A stretch of 62,828 nucleotides of DNA, the filler included, from an uncultured Thermoplasmatales archaeon (GTDB lineage: Archaea > Thermoplasmatota > E2 > DHVEG-1), in the NCBI GenBank assembly GCA_964517155.1. It is 9 parts of 9 records of this genome, joined end to end, with 100 filler letters (N's around TTAATTAATTAA, not from the genome) between each part and the next. Parts side by side here need not be neighbours in the genome. Positions count along the whole stretch, not along the records: positions 1 to 6,597 come from CAZFAZ010000011.1; positions 6,698 to 16,195 come from CAZFAZ010000012.1; 7 more parts are not named here. One strand, given 5' to 3'. The first letter of the stretch is position 1. The number at the start of each line of letters is the position of its first letter. Positions 1 through 10,042 of the stretch are shown one piece after another. The notes beneath the pieces are model-generated. The model did not search any database, had not been told where the DNA came from, and was given only the letters and a program-made list of their open reading frames with translations. Made by a program: the position numbers and the translations under genes.

Positions 1-135
1 CCACCAATTGGAGGACATCCAAATCAAGCAACAGGTGGAGCATCTGCAGGTAGAACCTGTCCATCATGTGGAAGACCTATTCCAATGGATGCTTCAGTAT
101 GTCCATATTGTGGTAAAGATTTTAGAAATCCATAA
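1..135 (+). CDS. 3' end of a protein with a C-terminal zinc ribbon (partial, runs off the window start)
   Basis: Frame 1 reads PPIGGHPNQATGGASAGRTCPSCGRPIPMDASVCPYCGKDFRNP* with TAA at 133-135. Two CPxCG motifs, nearly identical to the tail of the next gene. Not in the ORF track. Confidence 0.85.
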   Translation, partial: PPIGGHPNQATGGASAGRTCPSCGRPIPMDASVCPYCGKDFRNP

Positions 136-145
136 AAAAATAACA

Positions 146-184
146 GGGAAAGAAAATTTTCTTTTCCCAACTTTCTTCTTTTTT
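146..184 (+). terminator. Putative hairpin plus T-rich terminator
   Basis: Imperfect inverted repeat GGGAAAGAAAATTTTCTTTTCCC followed by a pyrimidine/T tract just after the stop at 135. Confidence 0.5.
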
Positions 185-248
185 CACATTTATAAAACTA
201 CTTAAATGATTTTTTTATATATTAAACAAAATAAAGGAGAGAAAAAAT

Positions 249-1073
249 ATGGTTTGTAATACTCAAAAAGGATTACATTTTTTAATAATTGGTTCAATTA
301 TCACAATGACCTATTCTGTAATAACATCAATTTCTAGCTTTTTTACACAAGATGCAATAACACAAATCATTATCGGTTTTTTAGCAATCATATCTTTTAT
401 TGGAGGAATATTAATTCTTGTAGGTGCGATTTTATTTCTAATGGGTAGAAAAGAATTCGGTGAAAAACATCAAAATAATGTTAAAAAGGCTGTAATCATT
501 TTTTGCATTAGTATTATTGTAACAATTTTTCTTACGGTTTCAGTAGCATTTATGACTTTTTCAGCGATATCTTCAGCAAGCCCAACTTTATCTTTGGAAG
601 GTTTAGGAGGCTCATTTTCAATTTTAATTGTCATAATATCAGTTATTAGCGCGGTTTTGGGTGGTTTAATTTATTATTTTGGACTTATTGAATTAGAAAA
701 TGAAACCGGTAAAAATGTTTTATTTGCAGGGATTATTTCTTCAATTATTATTTCAACAATTACATCATTTTATTTAGCAGGAATGCTAGGTGAAATTTTT
801 GGCTCGATTTCATCGACTAGCAGCTATTCATCTTTATCTTTTAATTCAAATATTGGAGCTATTGGAATTTTAGGATTAATACCTAGTTTAATATTCTTAT
901 ATGCATTTTATATTCCATATAATAGGATAAAAAACGGGGAACTTATACCTCAAGTCTCAACTTCGACTCAATCAACAAGTACAAGTCGTATTTGTCCAAA
1001 TTGCGGACGACCTATACCATTTGATGCAAATATTTGCCCGTATTGTGGTAAAGATTTTAGACCACCGCTATAA
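249..1073 (+). CDS. Multi-pass membrane protein with C-terminal zinc ribbon
   Basis: About six hydrophobic segments, a Ser/Thr linker, then CPNCGRPIPFDANICPYCGKDF. GGAG SD upstream. Confidence 0.8.
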   Translation: MVCNTQKGLHFLIIGSIITMTYSVITSISSFFTQDAITQIIIGFLAIISFIGGILILVGAILFLMGRKEFGEKHQNNVKKAVIIFCISIIVTIFLTVSVAFMTFSAISSASPTLSLEGLGGSFSILIVIISVISAVLGGLIYYFGLIELENETGKNVLFAGIISSIIISTITSFYLAGMLGEIFGSISSTSSYSSLSFNSNIGAIGILGLIPSLIFLYAFYIPYNRIKNGELIPQVSTSTQSTSTSRICPNCGRPIPFDANICPYCGKDFRPPL

Positions 1074-1094
1074 TAAAAGATATACTTAAAATTT

Positions 1095-1538
1095 TTAATT
1101 AAACTCTTTTCTAGATAAATAAAGTAAAACCGCAGCTATAACTGATAAAATCCCTGGGATTATTGCAGGAAATACTGTAAAAATACCAATAATTGCACAA
1201 GTTAAACAGATACCCCATAACTTTTTTCTAAAGCAAAGAATGCCGCCAAGTATTGGAAATATAGAAATAACCATCGCAATTGAAAGACAAACATTCATTA
1301 AACCAAGTACGCCTTCAATTGTAATCTCAGGGCTTATTTCTGTAAATTGAGAGATATCAATGAATTGTTCAGGGTTTGAAGAAATCATTGCATTAAGCAA
1401 TATCAAAATAATAATTGATAAAGCTCCTGCGATAATCAATAAAACACCTGCAATCATTATTTTCGGACTAGTTTTTTTATCATGATCATAGGGGTTTATT
1501 TGTAAATCATTTTCAAACATTTTATTTTCATCCATCAT
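1095..1538 (-). CDS. Hypothetical membrane protein
   Basis: 147 aa with 3-4 hydrophobic helices; starts 1 nt after the upstream stop. Confidence 0.7.
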   Translation of the reverse strand: MMDENKMFENDLQINPYDHDKKTSPKIMIAGVLLIIAGALSIIILILLNAMISSNPEQFIDISQFTEISPEITIEGVLGLMNVCLSIAMVISIFPILGGILCFRKKLWGICLTCAIIGIFTVFPAIIPGILSVIAAVLLYLSRKEFN

Positions 1539-1539
1539 T

Positions 1540-2973
<1,434 letters not shown>

Positions 2974-3036
2974 AAAAAATGTTTTTTTAAACTAGTATAA
3001 ACTAATATTTGAGAAGAAGATCGAGTGAAATAAAAA

Positions 3037-3192
3037 TTATTTCTTTAGTTTTCTTATTGTAAACTCTCCAATACCTGTAGGCAGTATCTCTATTTCATCT
3101 CCATCGTTTATATCGTGGGCTTTCGCAAGTTGACTTGGTATTGTTACCACCAAACTGCTACCCACAACTCGGGCTTTTCTTGTTAGAGGCAT
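3037..3192 (-). CDS. AbrB/MazE/SpoVT-family DNA-binding protein (51 aa)
   Basis: MPLTRKARVVGSSLVVTIPSQLAKAHDINDGDEIEILPTGIGEFTIRKLKK, read manually. Swapped-hairpin pattern GxSxxVTIP...IxxGD. Confidence 0.85.
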   Translation of the reverse strand: MPLTRKARVVGSSLVVTIPSQLAKAHDINDGDEIEILPTGIGEFTIRKLKK

Positions 3193-3348
3193 CTCCCATC
3201 CACCACACAAATTCAGTAATGTATACGTGAATATATATATGTTTTGATATTTTCAAATAGCTCTAAATATGAACACTTATAAATATTAAAATAGTATATT
3301 TTAGAAATCTAAAACACCAAGATTCGTATAGTAAAAAAAAAATAAAAT

Positions 3349-3642
3349 TTATTTTGGTTTTTCTATTTTACCAAATTCTTTTTTTCTTTCTTTTGTATTC
3401 ATACCTGTTGCTTCGAATAAAAAGTCATTCCATTTTTTTATAATACTGTAATCACCGCATACTTTTTTAGGTGGCTTGATATCTACGATTAAAAAATTTT
3501 TTTCTTGTTTAATATCAATTTTTCCAATGCCTTCTACTTCAAATTTTATACCAGAATAAATGTCGCCTTTTGCTCCAAAGAATCTGTTTATGAGCACTCC
3601 AACATCTGGATTATGTCCTTTCTTGATTCTATATTCTCTCAT
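3349..3642 (-). CDS. Conserved archaeal hypothetical protein (DUF5611-like)
   Basis: MREYRIKKGH N-terminus and WNDFLFEATG..xKERKK C-terminus. Confidence 0.75.
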   Translation of the reverse strand: MREYRIKKGHNPDVGVLINRFFGAKGDIYSGIKFEVEGIGKIDIKQEKNFLIVDIKPPKKVCGDYSIIKKWNDFLFEATGMNTKERKKEFGKIEKPK

Positions 3643-3687
3643 AGTTGTACAACCTACTTTATGAAATATAAAAATCTATTATTAATT

Positions 3688-4191
3688 TTATGATAAAAGT
3701 TCAAATGCTTTTTTGACAGCATCCTCTGCAGACTCTGCGACTATAAAACTAGATTCAACCCCTTGCATAAGATTACCATTTATAATCTCATCAACACAAC
3801 CACCAGTACCTTTTATAAGAATCAAAGGTTTTTTTGAAATCATTCTAAAAGCAATCTCATTTAGTGTCCCCCAGCGCCCACCAATCGCAATTGTTACATC
3901 ACTAGTTCTTGATACAAGATAATTTCTAACATTACCAATTCCTGTAGTAATTGCAATATCAATAAACTCATTTGCTTCATCTTTTTCAAAAGGCATTATG
4001 CCAACTGTAATTCCATTTTCTTTTTTAGCACCGCAGCAAACAGCCTCCATTACACCTTTATGGCCACCGCAAACAATAACACCACCGCGTTGAGCAACAA
4101 GAGCACCTACTTTTTCTGCTACTTCTAAAGCATAACTAGAAAGCTTTTCATCAGAAACATCGCTTCCACAGACGGAAATTAGCTTTTTCAT
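3688..4191 (-). CDS. LOG/TIGR00725-family Rossmann-fold protein
   Basis: CGGHKGVMEA, TVGIMP, RN, IGGRWGTLNEIA motifs. Confidence 0.9.
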   Translation of the reverse strand: MKKLISVCGSDVSDEKLSSYALEVAEKVGALVAQRGGVIVCGGHKGVMEAVCCGAKKENGITVGIMPFEKDEANEFIDIAITTGIGNVRNYLVSRTSDVTIAIGGRWGTLNEIAFRMISKKPLILIKGTGGCVDEIINGNLMQGVESSFIVAESAEDAVKKAFELLS

Positions 4192-4290
4192 GCAAAGGTT
4201 TTATTTGCAATTCATTTTTAACAATTTCCCCCACAAATCTTATAAATACCCCTCCCTTTCACTTGTTTTCACTTACCTGGAGAAAAACAT

Positions 4291-4656
4291 ATGACAAATA
4301 AAAATACTAAAACAAATCCTGCATTAAATTCATTAATTCATGAACTTAAAAAACAAGCTAGTGAAAAAAATGCAAATATCTGGAAAGATATAGCATTAAG
4401 ACTAGAAAAACCTTCAAGAAACTGGGCCGAGGTAAACCTAAATAAAATAAGCAAACATATAAATGATAAAGAAACTGCCCTAATTCCTGGTAAAGTTTTA
4501 TCAACTGGAGAACTTACAAAAAAGGTTTCAATTGCTGCTTGGTCATTTTCTGAAAAAGCAGAAGAAAAAATAAAAAAATCAGGCGGCAAGATAATGACTA
4601 TTAACGAAGTTATGAAATCAAACCCTGATGGGAAAAACATTAGAATATTGGGATGA
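4291..4656 (+). CDS. rpl18e: 50S ribosomal protein L18e
   Basis: KTNP..., EVNLNKI, PGKVLSTG, AAWSFS; first gene of the L18e-L13-S9-RpoN operon. Confidence 0.97.
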   Translation: MTNKNTKTNPALNSLIHELKKQASEKNANIWKDIALRLEKPSRNWAEVNLNKISKHINDKETALIPGKVLSTGELTKKVSIAAWSFSEKAEEKIKKSGGKIMTINEVMKSNPDGKNIRILG

Positions 4657-4663
4657 GAAAAAT

Positions 4664-5077
4664 ATGGTAGCAATAATTGATGCAACAGGCGCAACAATTG
4701 GAAGATTAGGCACAAACGCTGCAAAAAGACTCTTACAAGGCGAAGAAATTGCAGTAATAAACAGTGAAAAAGCAATTATATCTGGTAAAAAAAATTCAAT
4801 TAAAAATAGTTATAAAGAAAAAAGAGAACTTGGAACTTATAGAAAAGGACCTTTTTTCCCAAGGATGCCTGATCAGATTGTTAAAAGAACAATTCGTGGT
4901 ATGATTCCATATCAAACACCACATGGACGCCAAGCGTTTAAACGTCTTAAATGCTATATTGGTATTCCAAAAGAGTTTGAAGGGCAAAAAATTGAAAAAA
5001 TCGCTGAAGCTGAAAAACAACCAGTTAATTTTATGACGATTGAAGAACTTTCAAGATTTTTAGGAGCAAAGATTTAA
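4664..5077 (+). CDS. rpl13: 50S ribosomal protein L13
   Basis: [28 protein letters not shown]. Start moved to ATG 4664, after the rpl18e stop. Confidence 0.97.
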   Translation: MVAIIDATGATIGRLGTNAAKRLLQGEEIAVINSEKAIISGKKNSIKNSYKEKRELGTYRKGPFFPRMPDQIVKRTIRGMIPYQTPHGRQAFKRLKCYIGIPKEFEGQKIEKIAEAEKQPVNFMTIEELSRFLGAKI

Positions 5078-5078
5078 C

Positions 5079-5483
5079 ATGGTAAAAAAAGTAGTAAATA
5101 CATCAGGTAAAAGAAAAACTGCAGTTGCTCGTGCAGCAGTTCAAAAAGGAACAGGACTCGTTAGAATAAATAATATACCTGTCGAGCTTTATGAACCTGA
5201 AATTGCACGCTGGAAAGTAATGGAGCCACTTAGAATTGCAGATAATCATATTGATAAAGTAAACATAGATGTAACTGTTAGCGGTGGTGGTGTTATGGGT
5301 CAAGCAAGCGCTGTAAGAACTGCTATTGCAAAAGGACTTGTTGAGTTTACTGGAGACCCAAGTTTAAAGATTGCATATCTTGATCATGATAGAAGTCTTC
5401 TTGTTAGTGACTCAAGAAGAAAAGAACCTAAAAAACAATTAGGCCGTGGTGCAAGAAAGAAAAGACAGAAATCATATAGGTGA
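5079..5483 (+). CDS. rps9: 30S ribosomal protein S9
   Basis: [26 protein letters not shown]-terminus. Confidence 0.98.
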   Translation: MVKKVVNTSGKRKTAVARAAVQKGTGLVRINNIPVELYEPEIARWKVMEPLRIADNHIDKVNIDVTVSGGGVMGQASAVRTAIAKGLVEFTGDPSLKIAYLDHDRSLLVSDSRRKEPKKQLGRGARKKRQKSYR

Positions 5484-5490
5484 AAAAATT

Positions 5491-5715
5491 ATGATTATAC
5501 CTGTAAGATGTTTTACATGTGGAAAAATAATTGGAGATGCATTTGAAGAATACACTAAACGCTATGAAATCTATAAAAAAGCGTTGGACTCTGGTGAGAA
5601 AGTAAAAGAAACACCTAAGCAAATACTTGATGATTTAGGTGTTGATAGATACTGCTGCAGACGTATGATTCTTACACATGTAGAGCTTATTGGAGAATCA
5701 GCACCTTACGAATAA
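5491..5715 (+). CDS. rpoN: DNA-directed RNA polymerase subunit N (Rpo10)
   Basis: [12 protein letters not shown]...[14 protein letters not shown]. True start is ATG 5491. Confidence 0.97.
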   Translation: MIIPVRCFTCGKIIGDAFEEYTKRYEIYKKALDSGEKVKETPKQILDDLGVDRYCCRRMILTHVELIGESAPYE

Positions 5716-5724
5716 AAAAATATT

Positions 5725-5761
5725 TTTGGATTTTTTAAAAATCCAAATTTTTATCTATTTT
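5725..5761 (+). terminator. Putative terminator after the rpoN operon
   Basis: Inverted repeat TTTGGATTTT(TTA)AAAATCCAAA followed by T-rich sequence. Confidence 0.45.
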
Positions 5762-5809
5762 TATATTATACCCACCTTAAGTCAATCTTCAGTCTGAAAA
5801 GGTTTTCTT

Positions 5810-5884
5810 GGGCGCGTGGCCTAGCCTGGATAGGGCACCGGCCTTCTAAGTCGGAGCTCGCGGGTTCGAATCCCGCCGCGTCCG
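5810..5884 (+). tRNA. tRNA-Arg(UCU), no intron, CCA not encoded
   Basis: Acceptor GGGCGCG/CGCGTCC, anticodon arm CCGGC-CT TCT AA-GTCGG, T-loop GTTCGAATC, discriminator G. Confidence 0.95.
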
Positions 5885-6010
5885 TAAACTAAAAATTATA
5901 AAACTTCTACATATAAAAATAAACATAATATTTTTAAATTGCAAAAATTTATAATCAAATAGAATATCTTTATTTTCAATTAAAATTAAGTTTAAGGAGG
6001 AACATAAAGG

Positions 6011-6597
6011 ATGGATGATTTAATACAAAATAATAGAATAGATAATGTTATAGAAAGAATTAAAACTGGAATTGATGGATTAGATACTCTTGTCCAGGGC
6101 GGTCTTCCAAAAGGAACTTTTGCAGTTGTAACCGGAGGACCGGGTACTGGTAAAACAATATTTGCATTGCAGTTTTTGGCAAATGGAGCCTTAAAATATA
6201 ATGAAAAAGGATTATTTATAACTGCAGAGCAAAACATAGAAGATATTGTCTCACAAGCAAAGCAATTTGGATGGGATCTAGATCAAATGGAAAACACAGG
6301 AAAAATAAAAATAGTTTCATTAATTGGAAAACAAATATTTGAAGATGAGACCATGAATGAAATTAAACAACTTATACAAGAAAACCATTATGAAAGAATC
6401 GTATTTGATAGTATTACATCACTTTTAAACGCACCATTTTCAAAATATAGTATAGTAGATCATGCTGATAGAGGACTTCAACCGCATGCGCTAAGTGAAA
6501 TGAGCAGAGCAAATGTTATAAATTTTATAGATTTTATTAAAAAACAAGGAATAACAACTGTAGGAATATCTCAAAAAATAGAAGGCTTACCTGGAAA
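6011..6597 (+). CDS. KaiC/RAD55-family RecA-like ATPase (3' end lost at gap)
   Basis: RIKTGIDGLD, GGLP, Walker A GGPGTGKT, Walker B IVFDS. Confidence 0.9.
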
Positions 6598-6697
6598 NNN
6601 NNNNNNNNNNNNNNNNNNNNNNNNNNNNNNNNNNNNNNNNNTTAATTAATTAANNNNNNNNNNNNNNNNNNNNNNNNNNNNNNNNNNNNNNNNNNNN
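6598..6697. other. Artificial contig linker 1
   Basis: 44 N + TTAATTAATTAA (stops in all six frames) + 44 N. Confidence 0.99.
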
Positions 6698-6758
6698 CTC
6701 CAGTTTTTCAATAAGTTATTTAAAGAGTATTTTATTAATAAAGTGCTGATGTTTTCAT

Positions 6759-7334
6759 ATGAGATTTATCAATAAAAAAAACATTGAAATTGATAGAGTG
6801 TTATCTGATTTAGATAAATTTACAATTGATTTTACAAATATTTTAAAAAAACATACAAAATATGTTATTGTCAGCGGATATGTAGCAATTTTGTTAGGAC
6901 GTGCCAGGGCTAGTGAAGATGTTGATATACTTATTCCAAGAATTGATTTTTCAACATTTAAAAATCTTTACATCAATATTAGAAAAAACAATTTTTATTG
7001 TTTAAATGCAGAAGACGAAAAAACTGTTTATTCATATTTAGAAGATAATCTTGCAGTCAGATTTGCAAAAAAAGATACAATGATTCCTAATATTGAAATG
7101 AAGTGGGCTAAGCATGAGTTTGATAAATTAGCCCTTGAAAATACTATTGATGTTTTAATGAAAAATGAAACACTTTGTATTTCTAATCTTGAACTTCAAA
7201 TTGCTTTTAAAGAAGAAGTTCTTAAATCTTTAAAAGATTTAGAGGATGCAGAACACATAAAAGAAGTTGCAAGAGAATATTTAGATAATAGTTTAATTCA
7301 GAAATATAGGAAGATGCTTAATGGGTTTTATTGA
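6759..7334 (+). CDS. Pol-beta-superfamily nucleotidyltransferase-like protein
   Basis: VIVSGYVAILLG-RARASEDVDILI matches the hG[GS]...R.T.DhD NTase pattern. Confidence 0.65.
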   Translation: MRFINKKNIEIDRVLSDLDKFTIDFTNILKKHTKYVIVSGYVAILLGRARASEDVDILIPRIDFSTFKNLYINIRKNNFYCLNAEDEKTVYSYLEDNLAVRFAKKDTMIPNIEMKWAKHEFDKLALENTIDVLMKNETLCISNLELQIAFKEEVLKSLKDLEDAEHIKEVAREYLDNSLIQKYRKMLNGFY

Positions 7335-7512
7335 AGAAAACGAAAAAGAAAGAAAAAGTTTTGTTTGCAAATGGGCAAAATACGTCCGTACTCATAGTGA
7401 TAAAGATTGGTCTTGCCAACAGAATGTGATTATTAACTCTGCATTAAACTCTGCAAATATGACTCGTGAGCAGTTTTTTAAAATGAAGAAAGAAACACAT
7501 TATGTAAAATAA
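7321..7512 (+). CDS. Small hypothetical protein coupled to the NTase
   Basis: 63 aa; overlaps the upstream gene by 14 nt. Confidence 0.7.
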   Translation: MGFIEENEKERKSFVCKWAKYVRTHSDKDWSCQQNVIINSALNSANMTREQFFKMKKETHYVK

Positions 7513-7574
7513 TAATTTTTGAAGTAATATTTTGTGGAAAAGTTCATTGAATCGACTGGCTATTTTTTACTTTT

Positions 7575-7630
7575 ATTAAACTACAGTTTAACTTTAGCTA
7601 TACTATGATTAAACTATAGTTTAATTTTAG
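7575..7630. promoter_or_regulatory. Tandem palindromic direct repeats (putative operator)
   Basis: ATTAAACTACAGTTTAACTTTAG (7575-7597) and ATTAAACTATAGTTTAATTTTAG (7608-7630). The second contains a perfect 18-bp palindrome. A TATA-like TTTTTATA follows. Confidence 0.65.
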
Positions 7631-7667
7631 TAAAGTTTTTATACCTTTAGCACCATAACTAAATAAC

Positions 7668-8834
7668 ATGTATATCAAAAGAGACATAAGAGATAAATTT
7701 GATAAAATCTCAAAAAACTATAACATGGTTGCGGTAGTAGGGGCCCGACAAGCAGGTAAAACTACTTTTCTTAAAAAACAAATTGAAAACAAAAAATCTT
7801 CATATATACTATTTGATGACCCCGATGCTCGTTCTTTATTTGAAGAAGACATTAAAAAATTTGAAAAACAATATGTTTCAAATCATGATGTCTCTGTTTT
7901 AGATGAAGTGCAATACTGTAAAGATGCAGGTAGAAAACTTAAATATCTTGTCGACTCAGAACACAAGCTTTGGATTACATCTTCTTCGGAAATCATTCTT
8001 TCAAAAGAAATACTTTCTTTTCTTGTCGGCAGAGTTTCAATTATTAAGTTATTTCCTTTTTCTATTAAAGAATTTTTAAACTCTAAAAACCAAAAAGAAG
8101 TAACAGCAAAAATATTAGAGCGTAATATCTGGGAGCATGCAACATATGGAGGATATCCAAAGGTTGTTTTAACCGATGATGTTGATATTAAAAAAATAAT
8201 TCTAAGAGACCTTTATGATACAATGCTATTAAAGGATGTAGCACGTACTTTTTCTATCGAAGATATTAGATCTTTAGAAGAATTTTCTAAATATCTTTCT
8301 TTATCTATTGGAGATATTATTTCTTATGATACAATTAGTAGTAATTTAAACATGTCATTTCAAACAGTAAAAAAATATTTTGATGCAATGGAAAAAAGTT
8401 ATTTAATCTATAGAGTTCTTCCATTTTTTACAAACAAAAAAAAGGAAATCATCAAACAACCAAAATTATATTTTATAGATACAGGTATTAGAAATATTAT
8501 TGCTAAAAACTTTGATGTAAATATTGATGGGAAACTTTTTGAAAACTATGTTTTATCTGAACTTTTAAAAATAGGTTTTACCCCAAAATATTGGAGGACT
8601 AAAACCAAAACTGAAGTTGATTTTATAATAGAAACAGAGAGCGACATAATTCCAGTTGAAGTAAAAATTCAAGCAGAAATTGGAAAAATTGAAAAAAGTC
8701 TAAGGGCATTTATTGAAAGTTATAAACCAAAGAAAGCTGTAGTTGTAAGTCTTAAAGGAGCTAAAGGAAAAACAAAGATAAATGGTTGTAATGTTATATA
8801 TACAGATGTGCTTACTCTTGGAAAACAATTTTAA
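7668..8834 (+). CDS. AAA+ ATPase (AAA_14) with DUF4143 / PD-(D/E)xK C-terminus
   Basis: GARQAGKTT, LDEVQ, GGYP, KLYFIDTG, GKLFENYV, EVDFII..PVEVK. Confidence 0.92.
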   Translation: MYIKRDIRDKFDKISKNYNMVAVVGARQAGKTTFLKKQIENKKSSYILFDDPDARSLFEEDIKKFEKQYVSNHDVSVLDEVQYCKDAGRKLKYLVDSEHKLWITSSSEIILSKEILSFLVGRVSIIKLFPFSIKEFLNSKNQKEVTAKILERNIWEHATYGGYPKVVLTDDVDIKKIILRDLYDTMLLKDVARTFSIEDIRSLEEFSKYLSLSIGDIISYDTISSNLNMSFQTVKKYFDAMEKSYLIYRVLPFFTNKKKEIIKQPKLYFIDTGIRNIIAKNFDVNIDGKLFENYVLSELLKIGFTPKYWRTKTKTEVDFIIETESDIIPVEVKIQAEIGKIEKSLRAFIESYKPKKAVVVSLKGAKGKTKINGCNVIYTDVLTLGKQF

Positions 8835-8865
8835 ATTATATTTGGTTGCTTTTAAAAACTAAAGA

Positions 8866-9522
8866 TTAGTATTTTGCTTTGCTATCGCCATGATAAACCT
8901 GAGTGTTATAATCCCAAATTAAATATCTTAATAGTTCTCTATTATCATCTGATGCTGTACTACTTAATAATTTACTAATATTTTGTTTGAATATTTCCTG
9001 GGATTTTTCATAAGAATATTGTACCGTGTTTCCTTTTAATATTGATGAAACAATCTTATTTGTTGGATTTAAAAACAATGCCGCTGTTTTATCTTTTAAT
9101 GGTTTTGTTATGTATTTTGTGTCATAAACAAAAATAAATTCATTTTCATATCCAATAAAGGCAATAGCTCCAGCGTCTATACTATTTGGTCCTAATTCTT
9201 TTGCAGAGTTGCAAGAACGACAATAGATTATCTTATCTTTTAATAAATTAACATTAGTTGAAGTTTCTATAAGAACTTCATTTTTATGACCTGCAATTAA
9301 ATTATTGTCACCGTGTCCATTGAACATGACAAATTTAACAGGTTTTTTTCTCAATGTCCCGGTAACTCTTTTTTTATTTGCTTTATTGTCTTTAAGATCA
9401 ATTACTTTCCTGCCCTTTTTAATTGCTAGATCAACGAGTTCTTTACTCCAGGCTGAAAGATAATACACTACATCATCATGATTTGGACGTGTTATTAAAA
9501 ACATAAACCTTAGATCAAACAA
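8866..9522 (-). CDS. Stand-alone caspase/gingipain (clan CD, C25-like) cysteine peptidase-like protein
   Basis: VMFNGHG (His70), IIYCRSC (Cys104), GAIAFIGY, C-terminal YHGD; no signal peptide. Start is TTG 9522 or ATG 9504. Confidence 0.7.
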   Translation of the reverse strand: MFDLRFMFLITRPNHDDVVYYLSAWSKELVDLAIKKGRKVIDLKDNKANKKRVTGTLRKKPVKFVMFNGHGDNNLIAGHKNEVLIETSTNVNLLKDKIIYCRSCNSAKELGPNSIDAGAIAFIGYENEFIFVYDTKYITKPLKDKTAALFLNPTNKIVSSILKGNTVQYSYEKSQEIFKQNISKLLSSTASDDNRELLRYLIWDYNTQVYHGDSKAKY

Positions 9523-9721
9523 CTATACCTTTTTTTAATGCTCTTATATATGCTAGTTCTATCTCTATTATTTTTTTTCCTATATCATCTTCTTTACTAA
9601 CGTGTTTTATCAGATCATCTCTTGAAAATTCTCCATAGCTTCCGATACAAATCTTTTTATCAACCGGAAAAGTTGATAAACGTGCTTTAACTAGCTCTCT
9701 AATTTCAGCATTTTTATCCAT
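9515..9721 (-). CDS. Small hypothetical protein (68 aa) coupled to the peptidase-like gene
   Basis: MDKNAEIRELVKARL...EDDIGKKIIEIEL. GAGG SD before ATG 9721; its stop overlaps the next gene's TTG start region. Confidence 0.8.
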   Translation of the reverse strand: MDKNAEIRELVKARLSTFPVDKKICIGSYGEFSRDDLIKHVSKEDDIGKKIIEIELAYIRALKKGIVV

Positions 9722-9778
9722 ATATTTTCCTCTTACAAGAATATAAATCAATAGTTATATAACGATTTATTCTATCTT

Positions 9779-9967
9779 TTATATAAATCCTAAGGTGATA
9801 AGCTTATTTAATATTTTCTCGCCTATCTCGGTTTCATTCTTAATTTCAATAAATGCAACATTCCAGGATATAGGTTCTTTATCGATAATTGCTATTATTT
9901 CTTTACGAATATTAATTGGTATATCTGAATACACTCTCATAAATCTGGCTTTTTTATCTCCATCCAT
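9779..9967 (-). CDS. Small hypothetical protein (62 aa)
   Basis: MDGDKKARFMRVYSDIP...ISWNVAFIEIKNETEIGEKILNKL; same strand as the two downstream genes. Confidence 0.75.
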   Translation of the reverse strand: MDGDKKARFMRVYSDIPINIRKEIIAIIDKEPISWNVAFIEIKNETEIGEKILNKLITLGFI

Positions 9968-10042
9968 GATACAAAATCCTAATCTATTTAGAATATTTAA
10001 ATCTGGCTAATATTGAGCATATGTTCTCTAAAAAATTCTCTT

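Noticed and set aside
8..205. ORF-track 65-aa protein
   Set aside because: Shadow frame; frame 1 (1-135) carries the zinc-ribbon motif.
6011..6597. Circadian clock KaiC
   Set aside because: Only a partial single RecA-like domain with no kaiA or kaiB; such ATPases are common in archaea.
6642..6653. TTAATTAATTAA recurring eight times as a biological repeat or CRISPR-like element
   Set aside because: Always centred in 88 Ns; an artificial linker.
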